The notes: generated by a model from the letters alone, not told the origin. A stretch of 64,000 nucleotides of DNA from Blastocatellia bacterium (GCA_963765495.1 CAVXWP010000009.1:480001-544000); one strand, 5' to 3'. Shown: positions 41,088 through 51,413, counted from the stretch's first letter. A program made the numbers and translations.

Positions 41088-42421
41088 CCCCTCATGCCGC
41101 CTGATTGCGCGGTGACGCGCCGCCAAAAACCGGAAGAGAATCTCGGATCGACATACCGGGCGAACTCCTTCCAGTTCGGGAAATAGGATTGAAAACTCTC
41201 GGCGCTCATCCTGGCATCCTTGGCCGGATAAACGGCTCCCCCACTTTCTCGCACGATCCTGTCTAGAGAGTCAAGCAGGTTCAAAGTCCTCTCTTCGCGA
41301 TAGGCAAAATCGAGGCAAAGCGTCGAGCCAGGTTTCGGGAAAGAGATCAGGCCGGGCGAGGCAATGTCTCCAAACCGCTTTAAAACAGCCAGAAATGACC
41401 CTTCGCCTGCGCGCGCGGTCCGGGTCAGTATCTCGCTAACGGCCTCGCGTTCGACCGAGGGAGGTACAACGCATTGATATTGCAGAAAGCCACGTCGTCC
41501 ATACATGCGATTCCAGTCGGTTATCGAATCGAGCGGATAAAAGAACGGGTCGTAATGCACTACCTTATTCGTGCCCCTTTCCATACGGTAATAGGTCTCG
41601 TTGAACATTTTCATAGTGAGGCTGTTCAAACAGACCGAAGGAAAATCAAACGGAACGCGAATATTTCTTTGGGTCTTCTTAATTTGAGCCTTCTTAAACT
41701 GTTCCGGCGCGGCTTCATCATGATTTCCACGTATAAAGATGCCCCGCCCTACGCTTGCGCCTCGCGCCAGACAATCCACCCATGCAACGGTGTATTCATA
41801 ATCTCTGTCGGATTCGGCGGAGAGAGTAAAGAATTCGTCCAGGGATTCAAATCTCCTCCTCTCCATTGAGATGAAGGGTCCGCGTATGGGTTTCAGTTGA
41901 AACTCTGCCCACACTATGAGGCCGGTGAGCCCAAGCCCTCCGATGGTTGCTCGGAACAATTCCGTATTTCGATCCGGCGAGCAGAGCAGGCGCTCGCCCG
42001 TTGATCGCAGCAATTCAAAGGATTTCACGTGGAGACCGAATGTACCGGCCCGGTGGTGATTCTTTCCATGCACGTCGTTGGCTATGGCCCCACCCACGGA
42101 AACATACTTGGTTCCCGGGGTCACCGGCAGAAACCAGCCACCAGGAACTATGGTCTTTAGAATCTCGTCAAGCGTGACTCCGGCTTCCGAGCGAAGAACC
42201 CCGGTTTTCCGGTCAAACGAGATAAACCGTCTCAGCTTGGATGTGTCAATCACGACGCCGCCATCATTCAGACAGGCATCGCCGTAACTGCGACCCTGGC
42301 CATAAGCGAGCACGGGTCTGTCAAAGGCTGCGAAGTCCGGCGAATCGCTTCGCCAGTTGAGCCAGGTGATCTCGTCGGGTTGAGCTTCAGGGTAGCGGCC
42401 CCAGGAATGATATTGCTTCAT
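41084..42421 (-). CDS. DprE1-like FAD oxidoreductase (prenylphosphoryl-ribose 2'-oxidase)
   Basis: SWGR, GQGRSYGD, LPVTPGTKYVSVGGAIANDVHGKNHH, FYPLD, WNRMYGRRGFLQYQ, FLAVLKRFG and YPAKDARM. Confidence 0.88.
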   Translation of the reverse strand: MKQYHSWGRYPEAQPDEITWLNWRSDSPDFAAFDRPVLAYGQGRSYGDACLNDGGVVIDTSKLRRFISFDRKTGVLRSEAGVTLDEILKTIVPGGWFLPVTPGTKYVSVGGAIANDVHGKNHHRAGTFGLHVKSFELLRSTGERLLCSPDRNTELFRATIGGLGLTGLIVWAEFQLKPIRGPFISMERRRFESLDEFFTLSAESDRDYEYTVAWVDCLARGASVGRGIFIRGNHDEAAPEQFKKAQIKKTQRNIRVPFDFPSVCLNSLTMKMFNETYYRMERGTNKVVHYDPFFYPLDSITDWNRMYGRRGFLQYQCVVPPSVEREAVSEILTRTARAGEGSFLAVLKRFGDIASPGLISFPKPGSTLCLDFAYREERTLNLLDSLDRIVRESGGAVYPAKDARMSAESFQSYFPNWKEFARYVDPRFSSGFWRRVTAQSGGMRG

Positions 42422-42431
42422 AACTCAGACC

Positions 42432-44141
42432 TCACTGTGTCACAGGCTTAATTACGGAGGATATATCCGAGGTCGAGCCTTCGCTTGCCTGCGCGGGACC
42501 TGAAAGATATATCCCCATCTGCTCAATATCTTTCGGAAGACGCGGCGAAAACTCTCTCAGGTGCTCGGCCAGATTGCCTGCCTCCGAAGGCGCGACCGCG
42601 TAAAATGCAATCTTGTCATCTTTGCATACCACGTTGTCGGGAATATGCCATTCTCCTACTTTTACCCACTGCGACGGAACGCCCCCAAATATCGCAAACC
42701 ATCGGTCATAGACCACCGCTATCTTTACATTATTTGCGTTTGCAAGACCGGCAATCTGCTGAGGCTCAAATCTGTTTTCGAGTATGGCGTTCGCCACATC
42801 GAGGCTTGAGCCTCCAAGGAGATCGAGGCACTTGATATCGGCGAAATAGTTTATGGCCCCGATGTCTGTACCGGCGACACTTTCATGCCTATAAAACTCG
42901 TTGAGAAACAGGGCCGTCTGATACTGATGTTCGTAAATATTTTTCGAAGCCCGCGCGGTTATCTCCAAAGAATCCAACGCCTGCTGCATGGGCCTTGTGG
43001 CGAGAAACAGGAGGAAAGGAGCGGCGAGGATCGTAAACAGCGCCGCCACAGCCTGCCAAAGATGAAGTTCTCGACCCGGCTTGAGCGTAAAGAGAGCGGG
43101 CAGAAACTCGCTCATAGATGCGCTCACGACGAATATGGCCATAGCGATCAGATACGCCTCGTATCTGAAAAACCAGCCTGTCCTTGCAAACTCCACGTGC
43201 AGCAGGACTCCCGCGAGGAAGAGCAAGTTCATTATGGTCGAGACCTGCCAGACCCGCTTTCTCTTCAACTGAAAATGAAGAAGGATCACGCCGGCTACAA
43301 GCATTACAAGAATCTGCGGGTTGGTTACAAGTATGGCAAATTGCTGATGGCCGAGACCTATGAATGATTCTATGGAGTTAATAGTCGGCTTATTGCCTTT
43401 GAGAAGGACCGGGTTTGGCAACAGGTGGGACCCAAGCAGGACTGAGATAAGCCCGAATATGATCACCGGCAATACGGCCAGCGCGCCCATCAAAAGAGAG
43501 TATCGGATACGCCTTCGCAGCAAGAGCATTATGCACCCGACCAGCAGCAGGAATAATCCTTCATAGCGGGTCATAACCATCAACGGGGCGATGACAAGCA
43601 ACATCTTTTTATCGAACTGGACGTTCTGTTCGCTCTCCGCATCGCTCGCAAGCACCCTCGCGCACAGATATACAAATGCGATAGAAAGAAGAGTGTGCAG
43701 CACGTGTTCTTGCCCCGAAAATATTAGCGAAGGCAGAGGGGTAAGATAGATCAAGGCAAGCAAGGCTATTGCAATAAATCGCGAATACAAGCCCGACTGT
43801 CTTAAGACGCGATAGACCAGCAGCACCAGAGCGGTCGCGGCAATAAGATTCAGGATAAACAGGGCGCTTTCGATGCTCCCGAATATCAGATATACAAAGG
43901 CAAGCAACAGAGGCCAAAGGATCGAAGCCGATGCCGACGAAAATCCGTACGGCGTGATTCCCCATACGCCATGTCGAACAAGGTTCTTCGCTATGGCCAT
44001 GTGTATATAAGGATCATCAAGCGCATAGATAAAGTGCCCGTCATTGTAATTGACTGCGATGGTCACCAATACGGCCATCGTGCCCCAGAGTGCAAGCACC
44101 GCTATAAAGGCGGGCCAGTGCGATTTAAAGAACTTCAACAC
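42432..44141 (-). CDS. GT-C family polytopic glycosyltransferase (arabinofuranosyltransferase-like)
   Basis: ALDDPYIH after the first TM helix, SGQEH, TRYEG, many TM helices, and DIGAINY in the C-terminal domain. Confidence 0.7.
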   Translation of the reverse strand: MLKFFKSHWPAFIAVLALWGTMAVLVTIAVNYNDGHFIYALDDPYIHMAIAKNLVRHGVWGITPYGFSSASASILWPLLLAFVYLIFGSIESALFILNLIAATALVLLVYRVLRQSGLYSRFIAIALLALIYLTPLPSLIFSGQEHVLHTLLSIAFVYLCARVLASDAESEQNVQFDKKMLLVIAPLMVMTRYEGLFLLLVGCIMLLLRRRIRYSLLMGALAVLPVIIFGLISVLLGSHLLPNPVLLKGNKPTINSIESFIGLGHQQFAILVTNPQILVMLVAGVILLHFQLKRKRVWQVSTIMNLLFLAGVLLHVEFARTGWFFRYEAYLIAMAIFVVSASMSEFLPALFTLKPGRELHLWQAVAALFTILAAPFLLFLATRPMQQALDSLEITARASKNIYEHQYQTALFLNEFYRHESVAGTDIGAINYFADIKCLDLLGGSSLDVANAILENRFEPQQIAGLANANNVKIAVVYDRWFAIFGGVPSQWVKVGEWHIPDNVVCKDDKIAFYAVAPSEAGNLAEHLREFSPRLPKDIEQMGIYLSGPAQASEGSTSDISSVIKPVTQ

Positions 44142-44178
44142 AGGTGATGCTCCTTGAGCGGGGCCGGTACTTTGAGGC

Positions 44179-45645
44179 TTAAAGAGCCGCGAGCATTATG
44201 GCAGCCATCGCGATACACACACCATAACTGACTCTATCTTTGACTGTGAATACGATGGGGTCGTCATTCATTTTTCCGCGATGGGCCAGGAACCACATCC
44301 GAGTAATCCAGTAAAGCAGCAGGGGACCTATCAACCACAGGACTGTCGGGTGGCTGTAAAGAGGTAGCACTTCCTTGCTATTGATATAGAGCGCAAGTAC
44401 AAGCGCCGACATATATCCACTTGTGGAACCCACGCTTCTGAGCAGTTCTATATCTTCTACGCCGTAGCTGCGACCGCTGGCGTGCGTCAGATTGCGTTCC
44501 TGCATGATGCGCAGTTCGGAATATCGTTTGACAAAGGCAAGGCAAAGAAAGAAGAACATCGAAAAGGCAAGCAGCCACGGCGAGATGATTATATTTACGG
44601 CCATCGCGCCTGCCAGAACTCGAAATGTATAGAGCCCGGCCAGCACCAGCACATCCCCGATCAAGACCCGCTTGAGATAAAAGGAGTATCCGGTCGTCAA
44701 TGCCAGATACAAAGCAAGCCCCAGAGCGAACATCGCCGGGAGAAAAAGCAGCGCTATCAGGAAACTGCTCGCAAGCAATACGGGGATCACCAGCACGCCA
44801 GTTCTTATCGGCAGATGACCCGAAGCAAAGGGGCGCTGCCGCTTGTGAGGATGCAGCCTGTCGGATTCAAGGTCGAGCAGATCATTCATTATGTAAACGC
44901 TCGAAGCGCACAGGCTGAATGCCGCAAATGAGAGCGCAGCGGGAACGAACAATGTAAAATCGAATATCTTGTGGGCCATCAGCAAAGGGAGGAAGAGTAA
45001 TATGTTCTTTACCCACTGATGCACACGAAGTGCTCTTAAAAAGGCGAGCGGGCGATTCCTCTCGATGGAAAAGACCTGTTGAATGGGCGCAAGGCGCGCC
45101 GCCCTGCCAAGCAATCGCTTCGACGGCTCAACCAGGATAGCGGCGTTTGCCGACTTCCATAGATGAAGATCGACGACGCTGTCGCCCGCGTAATCGAACT
45201 GTTTCGAGCCAAAACGTTCCTCAAGAGCCTTGCACTTATTGCGGCCCGAAAGGTTTACTTCGCCGTCGCTTGCCATGACAGAGGAAAAGATTCCCAGATA
45301 CTCTGCTATCGGTCGCACGGCCTCGGCATCAGAAGCGGTGGCAAGAACTATCTCGCGGCCCTCTTCTTTTTGCCGACACAAGAATTCAAGCACTTCTTCG
45401 TTATATGGCAGGCTGGCGGCGTTGAGTTGAACTCTTTGAGCAACCTGGCGCTTGAAATAAGCCTTGCCCTTGAGCAGCCACAAAGGCAGGGCAAATAATG
45501 AGAGCGGGTTTTTCTTTATGAGTAGAAGGACTGATTCCCACAAGAGGTCTGTGAGAAGAAGCGTGCCGTCGAGGTCCACGCAAAGCGTCGGCACGAAGCT
45601 CCGCTCACCGATGATCTGCGATTTTATGTTCTGGTGTGCGATCAT
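44179..45645 (-). CDS. HAD-phosphatase / UbiA fusion (prenyl-phosphate phosphoribosyltransferase-like)
   Basis: N-terminal VDLDGTL and YAGDS; C-terminal RVHQWVKN, YIMNDLLDLESDRLHPHKRQRPFASG, KRYSEL and DDPIVF. Confidence 0.88.
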   Translation of the reverse strand: MIAHQNIKSQIIGERSFVPTLCVDLDGTLLLTDLLWESVLLLIKKNPLSLFALPLWLLKGKAYFKRQVAQRVQLNAASLPYNEEVLEFLCRQKEEGREIVLATASDAEAVRPIAEYLGIFSSVMASDGEVNLSGRNKCKALEERFGSKQFDYAGDSVVDLHLWKSANAAILVEPSKRLLGRAARLAPIQQVFSIERNRPLAFLRALRVHQWVKNILLFLPLLMAHKIFDFTLFVPAALSFAAFSLCASSVYIMNDLLDLESDRLHPHKRQRPFASGHLPIRTGVLVIPVLLASSFLIALLFLPAMFALGLALYLALTTGYSFYLKRVLIGDVLVLAGLYTFRVLAGAMAVNIIISPWLLAFSMFFFLCLAFVKRYSELRIMQERNLTHASGRSYGVEDIELLRSVGSTSGYMSALVLALYINSKEVLPLYSHPTVLWLIGPLLLYWITRMWFLAHRGKMNDDPIVFTVKDRVSYGVCIAMAAIMLAAL

Positions 45646-45761
45646 TAGCCTCTGGTCCGATGCTGCAATCAGGGAACTTGAGAACTTTCAGGCGATGGTT
45701 AAAGGGCGGAGCAATCGCTCGCTCCGCCCCACGTACTTGCCACTTTCGAACGAGCGACAAT

Positions 45762-46247
45762 TTATTCGATCGGCGTGCCGCTAGTGGGTACGCGGTTGCT
45801 TGCAGAAGCAGTCGGTGCCGTTCCGCCTGACAACTGATAGATCACAAACGTCTCGTTGGAGTAGAACGAACGGTTGCCCGAGCCGAATGTCCCGCTCGAC
45901 TGCGGCTGAGCCGTTGTGTCGAACTGGGCAGCAGTCGTAGAACTGGCTGCCGTGCCGGTGCAGGCGAAGTTGTAACCGCTCTTGCCGTTCGCGCTTGCAA
46001 GCGCCGAGTCAACAAGGTTTGACCCATTCAATGTGCCAAGGCTGTCGGCAAAATCTTTGCCTCTACCTTCGGTTGACTGATAGGTGGCCTGCGCCGTTCC
46101 GATGGTGCGGACAGAACCGATGGCTGACGCCTCATTGGCCGCCTGTCGGGACTTCAAAAGGTTGGGTATCGCGATAGCGGCAATAATCCCGATGATTGCT
46201 ACCACTATCAGTAGCTCGATCAGTGAAAATCCATTCTCTTTCTTCAT
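45762..46247 (-). CDS. Type IV pilin (pilin 2, Ser/Thr-rich, probable major pilin)
   Basis: MKKENG|FSLIELLIVVAIIGIIAAIAIPNLL with an AAGGAG RBS. Close paralog of pilin 1. Confidence 0.92.
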   Translation of the reverse strand: MKKENGFSLIELLIVVAIIGIIAAIAIPNLLKSRQAANEASAIGSVRTIGTAQATYQSTEGRGKDFADSLGTLNGSNLVDSALASANGKSGYNFACTGTAASSTTAAQFDTTAQPQSSGTFGSGNRSFYSNETFVIYQLSGGTAPTASASNRVPTSGTPIE

Positions 46248-46333
46248 ACAATCCATGCTCCTTCTTTTTATATTATTGCCGTAGGTCAGTGTCCCTAGCG
46301 GCCGAACTACGACAGATCGCAGCCACACTAATC

Positions 46334-46348
46334 GCAAAGCCCGTGCCG
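46334..46348 (-). promoter_or_regulatory. Sigma54 (-24/-12) promoter of pilin 2
   Basis: Minus strand CGGCACGGGCTTTGC matches YGGCAC-N5-TTGC. Confidence 0.7.
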
Positions 46349-46496
46349 TTGCCCTGTGCCACAGGAATATTCTTCGAATTGACTGTAAACAAAGGGTTGT
46401 TTTCGCTTCGGAGAATTTCGCAGGTAGATTTAGGAAGGGAGTTTTGACAAAAAGCGGCAAACTGCGTTTGCCACTTTTTGTCAGAAAAAGGATTGA

Positions 46497-46919
46497 TCAA
46501 GGGATGGGAGTGCTTGATCCATCGGCGGGTGCTCCGAGGTTGGTACGGATCACGCCCGTATCATCAACAAAGAAATATGGCGACGAGCCCGGTTCTTCTT
46601 CGGGCGTTGCTGTACAGGTAAAATTCTTATTGCTGTTCAGGAGTTCGAGGGTGAATGTATAACCGCTCTTCGATCCTGCGCTGACGGTCGGGTCCAATGT
46701 CCCTTCCGGGTTGAGACCGGCTAAGGTAGTGTATTCTTTATACTTAATGTTATACATATTCTCTGCGGTAACGACCATTCTCAGAGTTTGAATAGCCGAC
46801 CCCGCTTGAGCCTTTTGTCTGGCCTTTCTCAATCCAGGCACAGCGATGGCTGAAATAACGCCTATTATGGCTACTACTACAAGCAATTCGATAAGTGAGA
46901 ATCCTCTCTCGCTCTTCAT
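46497..46919 (-). CDS. Type IV pilin (pilin 3)
   Basis: ERG|FSLIELLVVVAIIGVISAIAVP, KSGYTF and FFVDDTGVIR. AGGAGG RBS. Confidence 0.9.
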   Translation of the reverse strand: MKSERGFSLIELLVVVAIIGVISAIAVPGLRKARQKAQAGSAIQTLRMVVTAENMYNIKYKEYTTLAGLNPEGTLDPTVSAGSKSGYTFTLELLNSNKNFTCTATPEEEPGSSPYFFVDDTGVIRTNLGAPADGSSTPIP

Positions 46920-46985
46920 ATTCCACCTCCTCTATAAGACCTGATCTGCGGTCTGCGCCAACGAACAAAGATTTGACCCTTTCCA

Positions 46986-47000
46986 GCAATGACTATGCCA
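46986..47000 (-). promoter_or_regulatory. Sigma54 (-24/-12) promoter of pilin 3
   Basis: Minus strand TGGCATAGTCATTGC. Confidence 0.75.
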
Positions 47001-47217
47001 TGCCCTTAAATCAGTCCTTACTGTAGAGAAATGACCTTTGCCCGAATTTCCTGAAACGAGTCGGATCAAATTCAATCCGACCGCATAGAGGAAGGCGATT
47101 GAACCAGGGGGCAGCTCACCGGGTTGAATCACAGAGTCCTCCGTGTCAACATGGCGGTCGGAGGCTTTAAATCCGGGACCATTTCTCCGGGTTGAGACGG
47201 ATATCCTGACGCTTCCC

Positions 47218-47259
47218 GTGACATCTGTCACTGCCCGACAAGCCATTCACCCTTAAACT
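47218..47259 (+). promoter_or_regulatory. Crp/Fnr-family class II promoter of the Mo-oxidoreductase operon
   Basis: Palindrome GTGAC-ATCT-GTCAC (47218-47231) centred 29.5 bp before TAAACT (47254-47259), which places it at -41.5. Confidence 0.65.
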
Positions 47260-47298
47260 GGATTCTCTTTTGAGGCATTCGGCATTAGAGGGGACGTA

Positions 47299-48453
47299 TT
47301 GAACAAAGAAATTGTAAAAGCAACTGCCTGGGGAATACTGATTACTCTTATGCTGTCTGCGATGGTCCTGCTCGGTTCGCGCAATCTGTCGCATTTCGAT
47401 GCCGCGCTTGTGGGATATACCTTCGCCGTGCTCTTTGCCGCTTTCGCCATCACCTATCGTTATGCGATGTGGTTGCAGCGTCCGCCCACGACCCTGTACT
47501 GGAGGCGAGGCTGGCAGGTATTCTTTCGTCCGCGCCACCTGAGGGCGAATCTCGGCAACTGGTTCAAGCGCGTCATCTCCGAACTCGCGTTGAATATATT
47601 CATCTTCAAACGCGCGCGTCTTCGCGGAGTAGCCCACTGGCTGATAATGTGGGGATGCCTTCTGGCCGTAGCGATCACTTTTCCGCTCGTCTTCGGCTGG
47701 CTCCACTTCGAGACGCTGCCCGAAGACCTGACCCGGTATCGCGCCTATGTTTTCGGCTTTCCCGCCTTCTCGTTCCCGATTGAATCGCTGCCCGCATTTC
47801 TGATCTTTCACGGACTCGTGTGGGCATCAATACTTGTTGTGGTAGGAGTGATGCTTGCCATGCGAAGACGCATGCGCGATCACGGGGCTGCCGCGCTGCA
47901 ACAGTTCGGGGAAGACTTTCTGCCGCTCATCCTCCTTTTTGCGGTAAGCGTGACCGGGTTGATGCTGACGGCAAGCTACACCTGGATGAAGGGATATGCA
48001 TATGATTTCCTCGCCATCCTGCACGCCTTCACAGTTATCTTCACTCTGCTGTGGCTGCCGTTTGGAAAATTTTTTCATATCTTTCAAAGGCCCGCGCAAC
48101 TCGGCGTGAGCTTTTACAAAGACGCAGGCATTCGTCAGGAGGCGGCCAACTGCCGCCGATGCGGCGAGCCTTTTACATCAAGGCAGCACGTAGAGGATTT
48201 GATAGAAGTTGAGCGCAAGCTCGGCTACAGCTACGAAATGAAGCATCCCGAGGCCGGGCACTATCAATGGATTTGCCCGCGCTGTCGCCGGGCGATGCTG
48301 GTTCTCGCGCAGGGGCGTCTCTCGGAAGACTCGCAGGGCGGCGAGCCCGCTATCACGGGCCTCGCGCCTCTTATGCCTCAATCCACGCTCGGCAATCCTC
48401 AAATAGGCTTCGGCCCTTTGAGCGAAGAGGATCGCAAGAACTTTCATCCGTAG
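47299..48453 (+). CDS. NarI-like (cytochrome b-type) membrane subunit with C-terminal CxxC...CxxC
   Basis: TM helices with His residues ([28 protein letters not shown]), plus CRRC...CPRC. Confidence 0.65.
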   Translation: MNKEIVKATAWGILITLMLSAMVLLGSRNLSHFDAALVGYTFAVLFAAFAITYRYAMWLQRPPTTLYWRRGWQVFFRPRHLRANLGNWFKRVISELALNIFIFKRARLRGVAHWLIMWGCLLAVAITFPLVFGWLHFETLPEDLTRYRAYVFGFPAFSFPIESLPAFLIFHGLVWASILVVVGVMLAMRRRMRDHGAAALQQFGEDFLPLILLFAVSVTGLMLTASYTWMKGYAYDFLAILHAFTVIFTLLWLPFGKFFHIFQRPAQLGVSFYKDAGIRQEAANCRRCGEPFTSRQHVEDLIEVERKLGYSYEMKHPEAGHYQWICPRCRRAMLVLAQGRLSEDSQGGEPAITGLAPLMPQSTLGNPQIGFGPLSEEDRKNFHP

Positions 48454-48507
48454 GCGCGAGCGGAGAAATCTGTAGAACGGGGAAACCTGTAGAAGGAGTC
48501 ATCGCCG

Positions 48508-50715
48508 ATGGCCACAATACCTGAGGAGACAAGAAAGATCATAGAAGAGTTCGGGCCTCACCTGGCCTACTCTACGGGAGCGCGGCTGGAAACCGGCATC
48601 GAACCGGACCAGATGGTTGATACGCATTGCTGTTTCTGCGGGCAACAATGCGGCATAACGCTAAAGGTCAAAGACAATCAGGTGATCGGATTCGAGCCCA
48701 GAGAAGCGTTCCCTTTCAATCAAGGCATGCTCTGCCCCAAGGGTGTAAAGCGATACCTTCAAGGCTCGCATCCCGACCGCCTGCTTTCGGCATACGAACG
48801 CGACGCCTCGGGGTTTCGCCCCCTTCCCTACGAAAAGGCCATCGACCGGGTAGCCGGTGAGATACAGCGCATTCAAAGTCAGTACGGGCCAGACGCATTC
48901 GCTGTCCTTACAGGCGCGAGCCTGACTACTGAAAAGGCGTATCTGATGGGCAAATTCGCTCGCGTATGTTTGAAGACCGCCAACATCGATTATAACGGAC
49001 GGCTCTGCATGGTGAGTGCCGCGGCCGGAAACAAGAAGGCTTTTGGCATAGACCGGGCCGCCAATCCCTGGTCGGACATACCCGGAGCAGAAGTCGTCTG
49101 GATAAGCGGAGCCAACGTAGCCGAATGCGCTCCGATCACGACCAACTATGTCTGGCAGGCGCGAGAGCACGGAGCAAAGATCATAGTGGTTGACCCGCGC
49201 ATCACACCCATTGCGCGAACCTGCGATCTCTTCCTGCCGATCAAACCCGGACGCGATATAGCTCTGTTCAACGGTATTCTCTTCCTGATGATCGAGAATG
49301 ACTGGCTCGATCACGACTTCATCGAAAAGCATACGGCAGGGTTTGAAGCAGTCGCCGAACACGTGAGAGAGTGGACCCCGGCGCGCACGGCCGAAGTCAC
49401 AGGGATTGCCGAGCGCGCCGTGCGTAAGGCGGCCGAGTGGTGGGGCGAGGCCCGGACCAGTTTCCTGCTCCACGCGCGCGGCATCGAGCATCACAGCCAC
49501 GGGGTTCAAAACGTGCTTGGCGCGATAAATATGGTTCTGGCTTCCGGTCGCATAGGCCGCGCGCATTGCGGATATGCCACGATAACAGGCCAGGGCAACG
49601 GGCAGGGAGGGCGCGAACACGGGCAGAAATGCGATCAGCTTCCGGGCGCTCGCGATATAAGCAATCCCGAACATCGCGCTTACATCGCCGAAGTCTGGGG
49701 CGTAGCACCCGAAGAACTTCCCGGGGCCGGCGTTGATGCCTACGAGATATTTCGAAAGATTGACCGGGGCGAAATCCGTGGACTCCTGAGCATATGTTTC
49801 AACCCCAAGGTCTCGCTGCCCGACAACAACTTCATAGCGCGGGCGCTTGATAAACTCGAATTCTATGTAGCGATTGATTTCTTCCTGAACGAAACGGCGC
49901 ATCACGCCGATGTAGTCCTGCCCGGATCGCTCCACGAAGAGGATGAGGGCGTGGTCACTCAGGTCGAGGGCCGCGTCATCAAGATCAACAAAGCGATTGA
50001 CCCGCCGGGCGAGGCCCGTCAGGACTGGCGAATAATTCAAGACATAGCGCGCCGCCTGAAACGCGAACGAGGATTCACCTTCGCAAGCCCGCGAGAAATC
50101 TTCGACGAGCTTCGCCGGGCATCTCGCGGCGGGATCGCCGATTATTCAGGCATAACTTATGAAAAGATCGAACGGCAGGACGGGGTCTTCTGGCCGTGCC
50201 CGAGCGAAGACCATCCGGGGACGCCTCGCCTGTTCGAAGCAGGATCGTGGAACCCTGTGGCCAAAGGCACAGGCCCGTTTTATTTCCCTGACGGGCGAGC
50301 GCGCTTCAACGTAGCCGCCTACACACCGCCCGCCGAAGACGTAGATGATGAGTACCCTGTCATCCTGACCACGGGCCGCGTGGTGAGTCAGTTTCTGTCG
50401 GGCACTCAAACGCGCAGGATCGGCCCCCTCGTAGACCAGTATCCCGAGCCTCGCGTCGAACTTCATCCGCGACTTGCGGAACGGCTCGGCCTGACCGATG
50501 GTGACTGGACAAGGGTTGAGTCGCGTCGAGGCGATTGCACATTGCGCGCGATGGTTGTGAGCACCATCCGGCCAGACACGGTCTTTATTCCTTATCACTG
50601 GGCGGGGCGAAAGAGCGCGAACCAGTTGACCGTTTCGGCGCAGGACCCTATATCGAAGATACCCGAATATAAGGTCTGCGCCGTTCGACTGAAGAAAGTG
50701 ACAGGCGATACGTGA
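48508..50715 (+). CDS. Mo/W-bis-PGD oxidoreductase catalytic subunit (Nas/NarB-like nitrate reductase group)
   Basis: [11 protein letters not shown]...[14 protein letters not shown] (Cys ligand), [18 protein letters not shown] and [10 protein letters not shown]. No Tat signal. Confidence 0.88.
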   Translation: MATIPEETRKIIEEFGPHLAYSTGARLETGIEPDQMVDTHCCFCGQQCGITLKVKDNQVIGFEPREAFPFNQGMLCPKGVKRYLQGSHPDRLLSAYERDASGFRPLPYEKAIDRVAGEIQRIQSQYGPDAFAVLTGASLTTEKAYLMGKFARVCLKTANIDYNGRLCMVSAAAGNKKAFGIDRAANPWSDIPGAEVVWISGANVAECAPITTNYVWQAREHGAKIIVVDPRITPIARTCDLFLPIKPGRDIALFNGILFLMIENDWLDHDFIEKHTAGFEAVAEHVREWTPARTAEVTGIAERAVRKAAEWWGEARTSFLLHARGIEHHSHGVQNVLGAINMVLASGRIGRAHCGYATITGQGNGQGGREHGQKCDQLPGARDISNPEHRAYIAEVWGVAPEELPGAGVDAYEIFRKIDRGEIRGLLSICFNPKVSLPDNNFIARALDKLEFYVAIDFFLNETAHHADVVLPGSLHEEDEGVVTQVEGRVIKINKAIDPPGEARQDWRIIQDIARRLKRERGFTFASPREIFDELRRASRGGIADYSGITYEKIERQDGVFWPCPSEDHPGTPRLFEAGSWNPVAKGTGPFYFPDGRARFNVAAYTPPAEDVDDEYPVILTTGRVVSQFLSGTQTRRIGPLVDQYPEPRVELHPRLAERLGLTDGDWTRVESRRGDCTLRAMVVSTIRPDTVFIPYHWAGRKSANQLTVSAQDPISKIPEYKVCAVRLKKVTGDT

Positions 50716-50741
50716 TTCGCGATACGTGATTCGCGAATCAT
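50706..50741. repeat. Short degenerate heptamer array at the stop of the Mo subunit gene
   Basis: cgatacgtgattcgcgatacgtgattcgcgaatca. Confidence 0.65.
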
Positions 50742-50765
50742 TGCGCGTATTGCGCGGGAGGCCAT

Positions 50766-51410
50766 ATGTCTGTTCCTGAAAACATGGAATTTTTTATAGA
50801 CCCGGCGCGCTGCATAGGCTGTCAGGCCTGCATGCAGGCTTGCAGCGAGTGCGACACGCATAAGGGACATTCGATGATTCACCTTGAGTATGTGGACCGA
50901 GCGCATTCGGTGCAGACGGCTCCCGTCGTCTGCATGCATTGTTATTCGCCCACGTGCGCCGAAGTCTGCCCGGCAGACGCAATCAAGCGCACGGATGACG
51001 GTGTCGTGCAGACCGCTCGCAAGCCCAGATGCATAGCCTGCAACAACTGTGTGCTGGCCTGCCCCTTCGGCGTGCCAAAGATGAAGACCGACTTCAAGCT
51101 GATGATGAAATGCGATATGTGCTATGACCGGACCTCGGTGGGCAAAAAACCGATGTGCGCTACGGTCTGTCCGAGCCAGGCGCTCTTTTTCGGCACTCGC
51201 GAGCAGATAGAAAAATTGCGGCCTCGCTCCATGCCTAACAACCGCTTCCGATTTGGAGCGCAGACAGTAACGACAAAGGTCAATATGATGATGCCGCGTG
51301 CGGCGCGAGTCGAATATCTTGATGTCACCTCGGCTATGAACGAGCGCGCCATAGGCAAGAACATCACCTTCAACATTCTGACCGATGCTCTGCACGCAGG
51401 CGAGGAGTAA
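50766..51410 (+). CDS. 4Fe-4S dicluster electron-transfer subunit (DmsB/NrfC-like)
   Basis: [37 protein letters not shown] and KCDMC...CATVCP. Confidence 0.92.
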   Translation: MSVPENMEFFIDPARCIGCQACMQACSECDTHKGHSMIHLEYVDRAHSVQTAPVVCMHCYSPTCAEVCPADAIKRTDDGVVQTARKPRCIACNNCVLACPFGVPKMKTDFKLMMKCDMCYDRTSVGKKPMCATVCPSQALFFGTREQIEKLRPRSMPNNRFRFGAQTVTTKVNMMMPRAARVEYLDVTSAMNERAIGKNITFNILTDALHAGEE

Positions 51411-51413
51411 GAG

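Noticed and set aside
45762-46460. 232-aa version of pilin 2, and extended starts for the Smr, FtsB-like, HxlR, DUF3810 and MoxR genes
   Set aside because: Domain boundaries, RBS positions or promoters support downstream starts; some extensions run through repeats or promoters.
47041-47190. Moco riboswitch, SRP RNA or 6S RNA
   Set aside because: Diagnostic motifs were not found; kept only as an unexplained hairpin.
48508-50715. Formate dehydrogenase or Sec-containing Mo enzyme
   Set aside because: The ligand region is RLCM rather than the FDH-type (C/U)H, there is no in-frame TGA, and NarK is adjacent.
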